This document shows positions 29,103 to 37,440 of a stretch of DNA of 64,000 nt, one piece after another. The DNA is taken from assembly GCA_049570475.1 (NCBI GenBank), contig CP186953.1, positions 864,001 to 928,000 of the forward strand, given 5' to 3'. The stretch comes from Candidatus Methanosuratincola verstraetei (GTDB lineage: Archaea; Thermoproteota; Methanomethylicia; Methanomethylicales; Methanomethylicaceae). How positions within the stretch are numbered: the stretch's first letter is position 1; every line of letters starts with the position of its first letter. The notes beneath the pieces are model-generated. The model did no database searches and had not been told where the DNA came from. It saw nothing but the letters and a program-made list of their open reading frames with translations. The position numbers and the translations under genes were made by a program.

Positions 29103-31329
29103 TCGACATCACATCCAGTACAAAGGCAGGTTTTCCATCTCCTAGTATCGTTGAACCGATTAATCCGCTTGTCCCTCTAAGCAACTTGGGAACTGGCTTT
29201 ATTGCAACTTCGTCCTCGTCCCTTATCTCCGATACCAATAACCCAAACCCCCTGCCCTCTGAGCGCTTAATTATTATTGCATAGTAGCTGTCGCAGACTC
29301 CTTCGTCAATCTTGAGCAGCCAGGCAAGCCGGTAGAGCCTGATTATGTCGCCCCGGAGGTTGATGTATGGCGCACCTTGTATGAACTTTATCTCTTCCTT
29401 GCTTATCTCGACAATCTCCGAGATGTCCGCAACAGGTATTGCGTATCGATGGCTTTCTTTACCGACACCTATGACGATCACCTTCATCGTTGTCATTGAT
29501 GCGGGTAGCCTTATCGTGAACTTCGTCCCTTGGCCTATTTTGGAAGCGATTGAGAAAGAGCCGCCGTAGGACTCGATCTTGTTCTTCACAGCGCTCATCC
29601 CCATCCCCCTTCCAGATACTTCTGAGACGCACTTCTTTGTGGAGAAGCCAGGCACGCAGGTTAGGTAAAGCACCTCCTCGTCATCCATCTCTGATGCCTT
29701 CTTCTCAGAGACAATGCCCTTTGCGACCGCAATCTCTCTTATCTTAACGGGATCCATTCCCCTCCCATCGTCCTCAATCTCAAGCACGAAATGGGAAGAG
29801 TCCCTCGAAGCCGATAGCCTTATAGTCCCGACCGTCTGCTTACCCGCCTTAATCCTCTCCTCTGGGGTCTCTATGCCATGGTCGAGGCAGTTCCTGATCA
29901 GGTGAACCATCGCGTCCACCACCTCCTCGACTACCTTCCTGTCAACTGCAGTCTCGCCCCCTTGGATGACGAGGTCCACCTCCTTCCCGAGCTCCTTCGA
30001 CATGTCCCTAACCATCCTCGGGAATATTCCGAATACCTGACCTACAGGCATTAGCCTGAGGCCCATCACTTCGGTCTGAAGCTCCGAGATTACGCCCTCT
30101 ATGAACCTCTGGATGTCCTTCATCTCAGGCGAATCAACATGCTTGGCCAGGTTGACTAGCCTTGACTTCGCAAGGACCAGCTCTCCGGCGAGGTTGAAGA
30201 GCCTGTCTAGGCTCTTTATGTTTACCCTTATCTCCTCGACCCGGTGCTTTCCTTTAAACGAGTCAACCCTTATTTTTGCAGAATTCTCTTCTTTATTCTC
30301 GGTTTCTACCAGGCTCACAAGCCTGTCAATCAGGGCGGACTTCTCCGCCATGTTTGGGTTGCTCGGCTTCGGCTCATCCATCTTCTGATGATCTACATTC
30401 CTGATTCCCTGTATCCCCTTCAGAGCCTCAACTAAAGCATTAACATCTCTGGTAACTATTTCTGCAATAATTTCATTCCCGAACTCGCCTGCGGCGAGCT
30501 TCTCATTAGGCGGATCTATTCTCTCTAGATCCCCTGCCTCGAAGAGGGCCTTCATTATAGCGAAAGCCCTGATCGGACGCAGTGGGGGCTCTATTTCGCT
30601 GGAGATCCTCACGAGGAACTTTCCGGAAGAGGATCCTTTCTGGTCAGGGGGCGTTTCGCATAACGCTGTCCCGTCAGGCGACATCATGGCATCCTTCAAT
30701 TGCCCCCCTGATTGGTTTCCATTCCCGCCTTCGATTTCGCTTACCTGGCATTTTTCCTTTTCAGGGGAATTTCCGCCTTTACCTCTCAAATCCCCGGCAT
30801 CCACTTCCGGATTGAAAGAATTTTCTTTCTGAAGGAACGGAAGAAGATCTTCTCCCTCTGCGAGAGCCTCGTAAGCCTTGCTCACCCCTTTTTCGACCGT
30901 CTCTAGCGCCTTTTCGAGCTCCCTGATCTTCTCGGGATCCCTGCGCTTCCCCCCCGCCTTTTTTGCTTCAAGATCGCCTGCCCTGTCTGGAGATGGCATA
31001 CCCATTTTCTCGATCTCTATGGTGTCCGCGATCTTGTCCAGATACCTGAATAAATCTTCTATTACTTTGCTTCCAACTTTCACCTCGCCCTTCCTCAGCC
31101 CCGATATGAGATCTTCAGCTTCGTGTGCCAGCCGGGCGACCTCTGTGAGCCCGACGGTTGCCGAGTCGCCCTTTATCGTATGCAACTCTCTGAACGCTTC
31201 TTCTATGGCCCCCTTGTCTTCAGGGTTCTTTTCGATATGTAGAAGAAGATCGTCAAGCTTCGATAAGTGTTCTTTGACCTCCCCTAGGAATAGCTCTAGG
31301 TACTGCTTATCGCTATCCAAACTCAACAC
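29095..31329 (-). CDS. cheA: Chemotaxis histidine kinase CheA
   Basis: P1 FRELHTIKG, P2 region, HLIRNCLDHGIE, DDGRG, SGRGMGM, C-terminal CheW-like P5. Confidence 0.96.
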   Translation of the reverse strand: MLSLDSDKQYLELFLGEVKEHLSKLDDLLLHIEKNPEDKGAIEEAFRELHTIKGDSATVGLTEVARLAHEAEDLISGLRKGEVKVGSKVIEDLFRYLDKIADTIEIEKMGMPSPDRAGDLEAKKAGGKRRDPEKIRELEKALETVEKGVSKAYEALAEGEDLLPFLQKENSFNPEVDAGDLRGKGGNSPEKEKCQVSEIEGGNGNQSGGQLKDAMMSPDGTALCETPPDQKGSSSGKFLVRISSEIEPPLRPIRAFAIMKALFEAGDLERIDPPNEKLAAGEFGNEIIAEIVTRDVNALVEALKGIQGIRNVDHQKMDEPKPSNPNMAEKSALIDRLVSLVETENKEENSAKIRVDSFKGKHRVEEIRVNIKSLDRLFNLAGELVLAKSRLVNLAKHVDSPEMKDIQRFIEGVISELQTEVMGLRLMPVGQVFGIFPRMVRDMSKELGKEVDLVIQGGETAVDRKVVEEVVDAMVHLIRNCLDHGIETPEERIKAGKQTVGTIRLSASRDSSHFVLEIEDDGRGMDPVKIREIAVAKGIVSEKKASEMDDEEVLYLTCVPGFSTKKCVSEVSGRGMGMSAVKNKIESYGGSFSIASKIGQGTKFTIRLPASMTTMKVIVIGVGKESHRYAIPVADISEIVEISKEEIKFIQGAPYINLRGDIIRLYRLAWLLKIDEGVCDSYYAIIIKRSEGRGFGLLVSEIRDEDEVAIKPVPKLLRGTSGLIGSTILGDGKPAFVLDVMSIV

Positions 31330-31399
31330 CCTTCAAATATTCTCTCCATCTTGCCTCCAAAATGCGGGGTGAGCTGGAAAAGCATTCTTCCGCCTCCTC

Positions 31400-32185
31400 T
31401 TAAACGGGCATGCTGTTCTGGCTTTGGGTTGTCAGCTCTATCACGCGTTTTGCGACCCTCAACAGTTGCGATGAGTACGGATGCTGGGGGTGGTGCAGGC
31501 AGAATACCCCCCTGGACCTGTGGGAGAGGACCTCCTCGTAGAAAGGCAGGACGCCTATAACGGGCGCCTCTATGATCTTCGATACCTCGGAGGGGAGGTC
31601 GGAGGATTCAGCGAGGTTGGGGGGGACCATGTTCAGCGTGACGTAACTCAGCTTCCCGAACTTTCTGAGTATCTGACTCGTAATGTAGGTCCCCGTCACG
31701 TCCTGTTTGTCCATCCTCATTAGAAGGAGGCTAACGTCGCTTGACATTATGGCCAGGAGTGTATCCTCATTGAGGCCTGGGTGCGTATCAAATATGACAT
31801 AATCTATGTTGTATTCCCGACTCAGCTTCTCTGAGATGTGGCGGAAGAACTTCTCGCTGTACCCTTCTCTTATCACCTTCACTATCTCTTCGGGCTTCAT
31901 GCTCGAGCCCAGGAAGTAAACTGCACCCCTCGGGAGCTTGAGATGGTTAGTCAGATCCATTACAATGTCGCTGAATTCGCACCTGTTGTAAATGTAATCG
32001 TTCAGCGTGTTTCTCATCATTTGGGACGAGACGTTGTATATTACATGCAGGCCAGGGGAAGTTATGTCCATATCTATCGCCGCCACGCGCTTGCCGAGGG
32101 CAGCAAGGAGTACTGACAAGTTTGATGTAGTGGTGCTCTTCCCCGTCCCGCCCCTGTAGGAATGGACTACGCATGTCGTCGTCAT
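31400..32185 (-). CDS. MinD/ParA-family ATPase
   Basis: HSYRGGTGKST deviant Walker A, DMDITSPG, DTHPGLNE. Confidence 0.88.
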   Translation of the reverse strand: MTTTCVVHSYRGGTGKSTTTSNLSVLLAALGKRVAAIDMDITSPGLHVIYNVSSQMMRNTLNDYIYNRCEFSDIVMDLTNHLKLPRGAVYFLGSSMKPEEIVKVIREGYSEKFFRHISEKLSREYNIDYVIFDTHPGLNEDTLLAIMSSDVSLLLMRMDKQDVTGTYITSQILRKFGKLSYVTLNMVPPNLAESSDLPSEVSKIIEAPVIGVLPFYEEVLSHRSRGVFCLHHPQHPYSSQLLRVAKRVIELTTQSQNSMPV

Positions 32186-32194
32186 GTGACCACC

Positions 32195-32398
32195 TTACAA
32201 AAGGTCGAACTTCTTCTCTAGTTTCGAGACCCTGCTTTCAAGATTTTCGAGCCTGCTGTTCAAGTCCTCCAGCTTGTCCTCGAACTTTGAGATCACGTCC
32301 TCGACCTTTGAAGTGTCTGTATTCATCTCAGACATAATTGATCTGATCTTAGCACGCATTTCCGAGTCTTTATCCGAAATGAACTTCCTCTCCGGCAT
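32195..32398 (-). CDS. Small coiled-coil protein (67 aa)
   Basis: First gene of the MinD-cheA operon; heptads FEDKLEDLNSRLENLESRVSKLE. Confidence 0.65.
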   Translation of the reverse strand: MPERKFISDKDSEMRAKIRSIMSEMNTDTSKVEDVISKFEDKLEDLNSRLENLESRVSKLEKKFDLL

Positions 32399-32436
32399 CT
32401 CTATCTGACCCTGAATTTACAGGCAATCAAGCAAAA

Positions 32437-32475
32437 CTATAAAAAAGATTACAAAAGGCGACCGCCACTCACCTT
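32437..32475 (-). promoter_or_regulatory. Near-perfect motility palindrome and TATA box upstream of the MinD-cheA operon
   Basis: AAGGCGA-ccgccac-TCACCTT (32455-32475); TTTTTTATAG on the minus strand. Confidence 0.6.
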
Positions 32476-32547
32476 CAAAGCCGGCTAGAGATCGTCGATC
32501 TAAAAAATTTAATATCCATAAGCCTCCCCCATTAGTATAAGGCGCGT

Positions 32548-32865
32548 GTGCTGATGTCCTTTCTTGAGGTCCTTGTAGACGGCGAGATAATAAGAGAGGC
32601 CATGCTGGTCGACTACTCCGACGGCGAAGAGATTATGTACAAGGGCCCTAATATGGAGAAGAAGATAAAGAACGCCGCGATTGCAGTGATGGAAACACTC
32701 CCTTCGCTGAAGTACATGGTAATCGCTCTGGCTAAGAAAAAATATGTCATAATCTCGGTCTCTGAGGAGAAGTGCCTGGTCCTTGGCATAGACCCCACGA
32801 TAGACTCTGAGCAACTCGTAACCAAGATGACAAAAACGCTTAAAGAGCTCGGTTTGGACTGGTAA
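32548..32865 (+). CDS. Hypothetical protein, possible roadblock/LC7-like fold
   Basis: 105 aa with alternating helix and beta-strand pattern (AMLVDYSDG...KYMVI...KYVII...CLVLG). Confidence 0.5.
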   Translation: MLMSFLEVLVDGEIIREAMLVDYSDGEEIMYKGPNMEKKIKNAAIAVMETLPSLKYMVIALAKKKYVIISVSEEKCLVLGIDPTIDSEQLVTKMTKTLKELGLDW

Positions 32866-32892
32866 TGACTTTTTCCATTGGAAATATCAATT

Positions 32893-32911
32893 AGGCGTCC
32901 AGAAGTCGCCT
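32893..32911 (+). promoter_or_regulatory. Motility motif upstream of the ArnR-like genes
   Basis: AGGCGT-ccagaag-TCGCCT. Confidence 0.55.
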
Positions 32912-32982
32912 CTTTTGACATGTGTTATAGAATTGTTTATATGTTGAAAATTAACATAAAGTTAGCCATTAAGGTGGGTAGA

Positions 32983-33888
32983 TTGAATGCTGTTCAATCT
33001 GCACTCAGCGCCATAAATCAGCTGAAGGACGTGGATCGACTTATAGACATCTCCAAAAGCACCCTCCAGATCGACATACTCCTCGCCCTCAGCAATAGGG
33101 GCGAGATGACCCCCGCGGAGATATCCCTCGCGATAGGTCAGAGGAGGAAGGCAGTCACAGACGCGTTGAGGAAGCTCCGCAACAAGGGCCTGGTCGAACC
33201 AGCCTCTGACGAGGGGCGGTCTCCCGCCTACCGCCTCACGGAACTGGGCAATGAGTGCATCATGACAATATGCAACTTTGTAGGAAAACGCCCCCCTTCC
33301 AGCTTGGCAGGTCTCAGATCCGAACCCGAATATGCGAGAAAGGACTGTGCAATAGACTTGAACCAGCTACCGTTGGCATCTGCCCTCTCCCAAGTTCTCT
33401 TTGCCTTGGGCACTTCCAAAGGCAACTCGCTCCCGCTCCCGGAGCTGGCAAGGATCATGGGGCTAAGCGAACAGAGGGCGGAGAGCTACTTGGAAGTGTT
33501 CATGAAGAGCGAGCCAAGGCTCTTCAGGAGGTTCACGGACTACCCTTGGTGGTCCAAGGCGCTAAGGCGGATTGGAATCAATTCCAAGCCGAAGAGGCTC
33601 GTAGTCTACTACGGCCTCACCCAGGACGGCCTCCAGCACTTCTACAGGCTGCCCGCCTACAGCCGGGTGCGCAGGTCCAGGACGTATAAGTTCCTTAGCT
33701 CAATTGTCTTCACCAGCAACCCGAAGGGGATCGTCCGCCGCCTCTCTTTAGGTCTTGCTACCTTGGGCGTTACTTTGGCACTGCTCGAGACCACCTTGTG
33801 GGGGGGATTTTCCATTCTATCCACTGGTGTCGGGCTAGCTGTGATCTTCGGAGTATTCTCTCTCATGCTGTACAAACTCTCGGTTTAG
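32983..33888 (+). CDS. Membrane-anchored winged-HTH regulator, ArnR-like (copy 1)
   Basis: N-terminal wHTH (SKSTLQIDILLAL...DALRKLRNKGLV...YRLTELG), two C-terminal TMs, located in the archaellum locus; start uncertain. Confidence 0.7.
   Translation: MNAVQSALSAINQLKDVDRLIDISKSTLQIDILLALSNRGEMTPAEISLAIGQRRKAVTDALRKLRNKGLVEPASDEGRSPAYRLTELGNECIMTICNFVGKRPPSSLAGLRSEPEYARKDCAIDLNQLPLASALSQVLFALGTSKGNSLPLPELARIMGLSEQRAESYLEVFMKSEPRLFRRFTDYPWWSKALRRIGINSKPKRLVVYYGLTQDGLQHFYRLPAYSRVRRSRTYKFLSSIVFTSNPKGIVRRLSLGLATLGVTLALLETTLWGGFSILSTGVGLAVIFGVFSLMLYKLSV
33040..33243 (+). repeat. 204-bp block identical to 33962-34165 (wHTH region)
   Basis: Direct sequence comparison by eye. Confidence 0.9.
33373..33744 (+). 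repeat. 372-bp block identical to 34412-34783
   Basis: Direct sequence comparison by eye. Confidence 0.9.
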
Positions 33889-33889
33889 T

Positions 33890-34939
33890 GTGCGAGGGGG
33901 TCTTTTGACAGAGCTCTTGGTTGTGAGCCAGCGGCTAAACAGGCTCAAAAGTGTGGCGGCGCTTATAGACATCTCCAAAAGCACCCTCCAGATCGACATA
34001 CTCCTCGCCCTCAGCAATAGGGGCGAGATGACCCCCGCGGAGATATCCCTCGCGATAGGTCAGAGGAGGAAGGCAGTCACAGACGCGTTGAGGAAGCTCC
34101 GCAACAAGGGCCTGGTCGAACCAGCCTCTGACGAGGGGCGGTCTCCCGCCTACCGCCTCACGGAAATTGGGGCAGAAACCGTCAGATCACTGATCTCTTT
34201 TCTTGACGTGCAGGCACCTGGGCCTGAACCAGGTCCAGGCATGGGTGCAAAACGACCTGGAACTTCCCTTGATGTGCACGCCGATTCTAGTTCGAGATCT
34301 CCAGCAGTAGGTTCGTGGGCACAAGAAGCGGAGCGAGATCATGCAAGCGGGCAATCCCCGCCGCAATCAATGCCGCCAGGCATGCTTGCCCCGGCTATCA
34401 GTTCCTTCACATTGGCATCTGCCCTCTCCCAAGTTCTCTTTGCCTTGGGCACTTCCAAAGGCAACTCGCTCCCGCTCCCGGAGCTGGCAAGGATCATGGG
34501 GCTAAGCGAACAGAGGGCGGAGAGCTACTTGGAAGTGTTCATGAAGAGCGAGCCAAGGCTCTTCAGGAGGTTCACGGACTACCCTTGGTGGTCCAAGGCG
34601 CTAAGGCGGATTGGAATCAATTCCAAGCCGAAGAGGCTCGTAGTCTACTACGGCCTCACCCAGGACGGCCTCCAGCACTTCTACAGGCTGCCCGCCTACA
34701 GCCGGGTGCGCAGGTCCAGGACGTATAAGTTCCTTAGCTCAATTGTCTTCACCAGCAACCCGAAGGGGATCGTCCGCCGCCTCATACTCCTGCTTCTAGT
34801 GGGGGAGATCTTCTCGCTTTTTGGCATGGTCGTTCCTATTGATTTTCGGATAACCTCTTTCTGGCTTGCATTCACGATACTGGTGGGATCTGTCTCGCTC
34901 TCTTCCCTTATGCTCTACAGAATGATCGACAAGTTTTAG
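33890..34939 (+). CDS. Membrane-anchored winged-HTH regulator, ArnR-like (copy 2)
   Basis: Same architecture as copy 1, with a different linker and different TM segments. Confidence 0.7.
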   Translation: MRGGLLTELLVVSQRLNRLKSVAALIDISKSTLQIDILLALSNRGEMTPAEISLAIGQRRKAVTDALRKLRNKGLVEPASDEGRSPAYRLTEIGAETVRSLISFLDVQAPGPEPGPGMGAKRPGTSLDVHADSSSRSPAVGSWAQEAERDHASGQSPPQSMPPGMLAPAISSFTLASALSQVLFALGTSKGNSLPLPELARIMGLSEQRAESYLEVFMKSEPRLFRRFTDYPWWSKALRRIGINSKPKRLVVYYGLTQDGLQHFYRLPAYSRVRRSRTYKFLSSIVFTSNPKGIVRRLILLLLVGEIFSLFGMVVPIDFRITSFWLAFTILVGSVSLSSLMLYRMIDKF

Positions 34940-35002
34940 TTCTTCCATGCGATCAATATGGGCTTGGCTTAATTTCTTTAACCTGGAAGGAAAACCATAG
35001 CC

Positions 35003-36049
35003 ATGAAGAGGGTTGCCTTTGAAATGAAGCGGGTGCTCTTCGCCGACGATTCATCACTTATGCGCAAGCTGGTCTTCCAGACGCTTAAAGAGGGTGGGTT
35101 TGAGGTAATCCTGGCCTCCGACGGAAAAGAGGCTGTTGAGAAAGCGCTGAACGAGAGACCTGACGCCGCGGTTCTTGACATAAGAATGCCGAAGATGGAC
35201 GGAATATCCGCCCTCAGGGAGATCGCGCCCCTTGGAATACCCGTGGTCATGTTCAGCTCCCTCACGCGCGAGGACTCCCAGGTGACGATGGACGCGCTTG
35301 AGGCTGGTGCCTTTGATTTTGTACTTAAGCCCGGTGGGATAGTCACCCTTGACATCTCGGAGGTCAAAGGGGAGCTCCTGAGGAAAGTGAAAGCGGCAAT
35401 CGTCAGCAAGAGGATCCCGCTTGTCCGTCGGGTTGCAATTGGACCCAAAGAAAAATGTACGAGCGCTTCGCCTGCAAACGCAGCCCTCCTGGTGGCGGCC
35501 TCGACCGGGGGTCCTTCCTTCGTAAGGGATCTCGTCCAGTCCCTAGACGGCGGTGGAAGGTACGCGGTCCTAATAGTCCAGCACATGCCACCCGTTTTCA
35601 CAAAATTCTTTGCAGAGAGGATCTCTTCCTCATCTAGGATTCCAGTCAGGGAGGCATCGAACGGAGAGCCGATCCTTGAAGGGGTGGCTTACTTGGCGCC
35701 CGGAGACTACCACATGGAGGTCTCAATGGACCCGAATCCCCGGATAATACTGCACCAGGGACCAAAGATCAACTACGTCAGGCCTTCGGCAGATCCCCTC
35801 TTCATATCAGCGGCGAGGAGGTTCGGAAGAAAGACGGTGGCCGTCATCCTTACTGGAATTGGTTCAGACGGCACTAACGGAGCGATCGCGGTCAAAGCTA
35901 ACGGAGGCACCGTTATAGCTCAGGACGAGAAGACCAGCGTGGTTTATGGCATGCCTAAGAACGTCGCCGAATCTGGTTCTGCAGATTTTATACTCCCCTT
36001 CGATGAGATACCTGACCGCATAAATGAGATATTTGCCAATATCGTCTAG
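35003..36049 (+). CDS. cheB: Chemotaxis methylesterase CheB
   Basis: Receiver domain plus ASTGGP, QHMPP, RPSAD, TGIGSDG, QDEKTSVVYGMP. Confidence 0.95.
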   Translation: MKRVAFEMKRVLFADDSSLMRKLVFQTLKEGGFEVILASDGKEAVEKALNERPDAAVLDIRMPKMDGISALREIAPLGIPVVMFSSLTREDSQVTMDALEAGAFDFVLKPGGIVTLDISEVKGELLRKVKAAIVSKRIPLVRRVAIGPKEKCTSASPANAALLVAASTGGPSFVRDLVQSLDGGGRYAVLIVQHMPPVFTKFFAERISSSSRIPVREASNGEPILEGVAYLAPGDYHMEVSMDPNPRIILHQGPKINYVRPSADPLFISAARRFGRKTVAVILTGIGSDGTNGAIAVKANGGTVIAQDEKTSVVYGMPKNVAESGSADFILPFDEIPDRINEIFANIV

Positions 36050-36173
36050 GGTTCGGCGGATCATGGGATTGTTCGGCTGGTCAGGTCGCACAAATGCTGA
36101 ACATCCCGCATTGATCATGTATGTTTAAGTCCATTCGGTTTGATTTTTCCTAAATATGTTCAAGGAGTGCAAA

Positions 36174-36212
36174 AAGCACCGATCAGTCGCCTTGTGCGTT
36201 TCATTTTTTAAG
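36174..36212 (+). promoter_or_regulatory. Motility motif and TATA box upstream of the receptor sensor gene
   Basis: AAGCAC-cgatcag-TCGCCT then TTTTTTAAG. Confidence 0.55.
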
Positions 36213-36236
36213 TAAAAAACTCCAGCAAGTCATTCG

Positions 36237-37322
36237 GTGACACAATTGGATCTCTCCATAAAGGTGAAGCTGCTGATAATTTTTATTTTGATATCAGTCA
36301 CCCCAACGGTCGTTGCAGTTCTTTACGCTGACCAAGTAGATACTAATGATATCAAGACTCAACTCTTTGGTACCCTTAGCGGAGTATCTAAGCTCGTTGG
36401 TTTAAACTTCTTTGACTACCTAGAGCGGAACGGTCGGTCGGTCTACAGCACCGCCGGGGTCCTGAGCTCAGAAGATCCCTCTTTGTGGTCTGCATTGATC
36501 GAACCTCTCAAGACCCGTGAAGGTGTAATCCTTTATTTGGTCGCCGACTCGAACGGCAAGGTAGCCGCAGTAACTGATCCGTCGAAGTGGGCTGGAACTT
36601 GGGCTGCAATTGGGAGCGACATTTCCGGAAAGGCTTTCTTCTCCGAGATGAAGAGCGGGGTGGAGTACAGATATAGCGAATCGGATCAAGGGAAAGTCTA
36701 CTACAGCCTTCCGTTCAACGACTCAATCTCGAATTCCGCGAAACCTTTGGTGGTTGCCTTTGGAAAGCAGTTTGCGGGAACTGACGGCAAGACCTATTAC
36801 TTATGCCTCATCTCAGACTGGTACTCAGTGGCGCAGGGTAAGATCCTGGTAAGACTCGACTCTGTCTTCGGGGAGATCGGAAGCAATGTCTTCACCCCGA
36901 CCGAATCCGGTAACCAGATATGGGCGGACACCAACTCCGGAAGGGTCGGGACCTTTCTACAAGCCTCTGCATTCGGCGACGCTTGGTCCTTTTACAAGAG
37001 TGTGAGCCAGAAGAGACCAAACTCAATCGCCGATCTCTCTCCCGATACGGCCGAGTACACGCTCAATGGGCAGGGCAGGTTCGTCGGAGTCGGAATGGCA
37101 CCCTCTTGGTACCCATACTCTCTTGGCTTCTTCGCATACGTCACCAACCCAGAGAGGGTTTATGCAATGGCATCAGAGTCCACAAAGTGGAACTTTACGA
37201 TAGCCGGGGGAGTGATCTTAGGTTCACTGGTACTGGCCTTCCTGGCTACGAGAGGGATCTCCTCGTCCGTCAAGAAGGTTTCAGAGGATGCAAAGAAGAT
37301 TGCCTCGGGAGACTTAAGGTGA
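36237..37322 (+). CDS. Chemoreceptor sensor module: TM, extracellular (dCache-like) domain, TM, HAMP helix 1 only
   Basis: Two TMs flanking about 280 aa; ends ISSSVKKVSEDAKKIASGDLR-stop. Confidence 0.75.
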   Translation: MTQLDLSIKVKLLIIFILISVTPTVVAVLYADQVDTNDIKTQLFGTLSGVSKLVGLNFFDYLERNGRSVYSTAGVLSSEDPSLWSALIEPLKTREGVILYLVADSNGKVAAVTDPSKWAGTWAAIGSDISGKAFFSEMKSGVEYRYSESDQGKVYYSLPFNDSISNSAKPLVVAFGKQFAGTDGKTYYLCLISDWYSVAQGKILVRLDSVFGEIGSNVFTPTESGNQIWADTNSGRVGTFLQASAFGDAWSFYKSVSQKRPNSIADLSPDTAEYTLNGQGRFVGVGMAPSWYPYSLGFFAYVTNPERVYAMASESTKWNFTIAGGVILGSLVLAFLATRGISSSVKKVSEDAKKIASGDLR

Positions 37323-37440
37323 TCCGAAATGCACTGGAACCTTAGTCTATTACAAAAGGGATGCAGCGATGCTGAACTATGCGACTATAATGGAGAGAAG
37401 GACGCGCTCATGAATCGACTGAACTGAAAGGCAAATTGGA

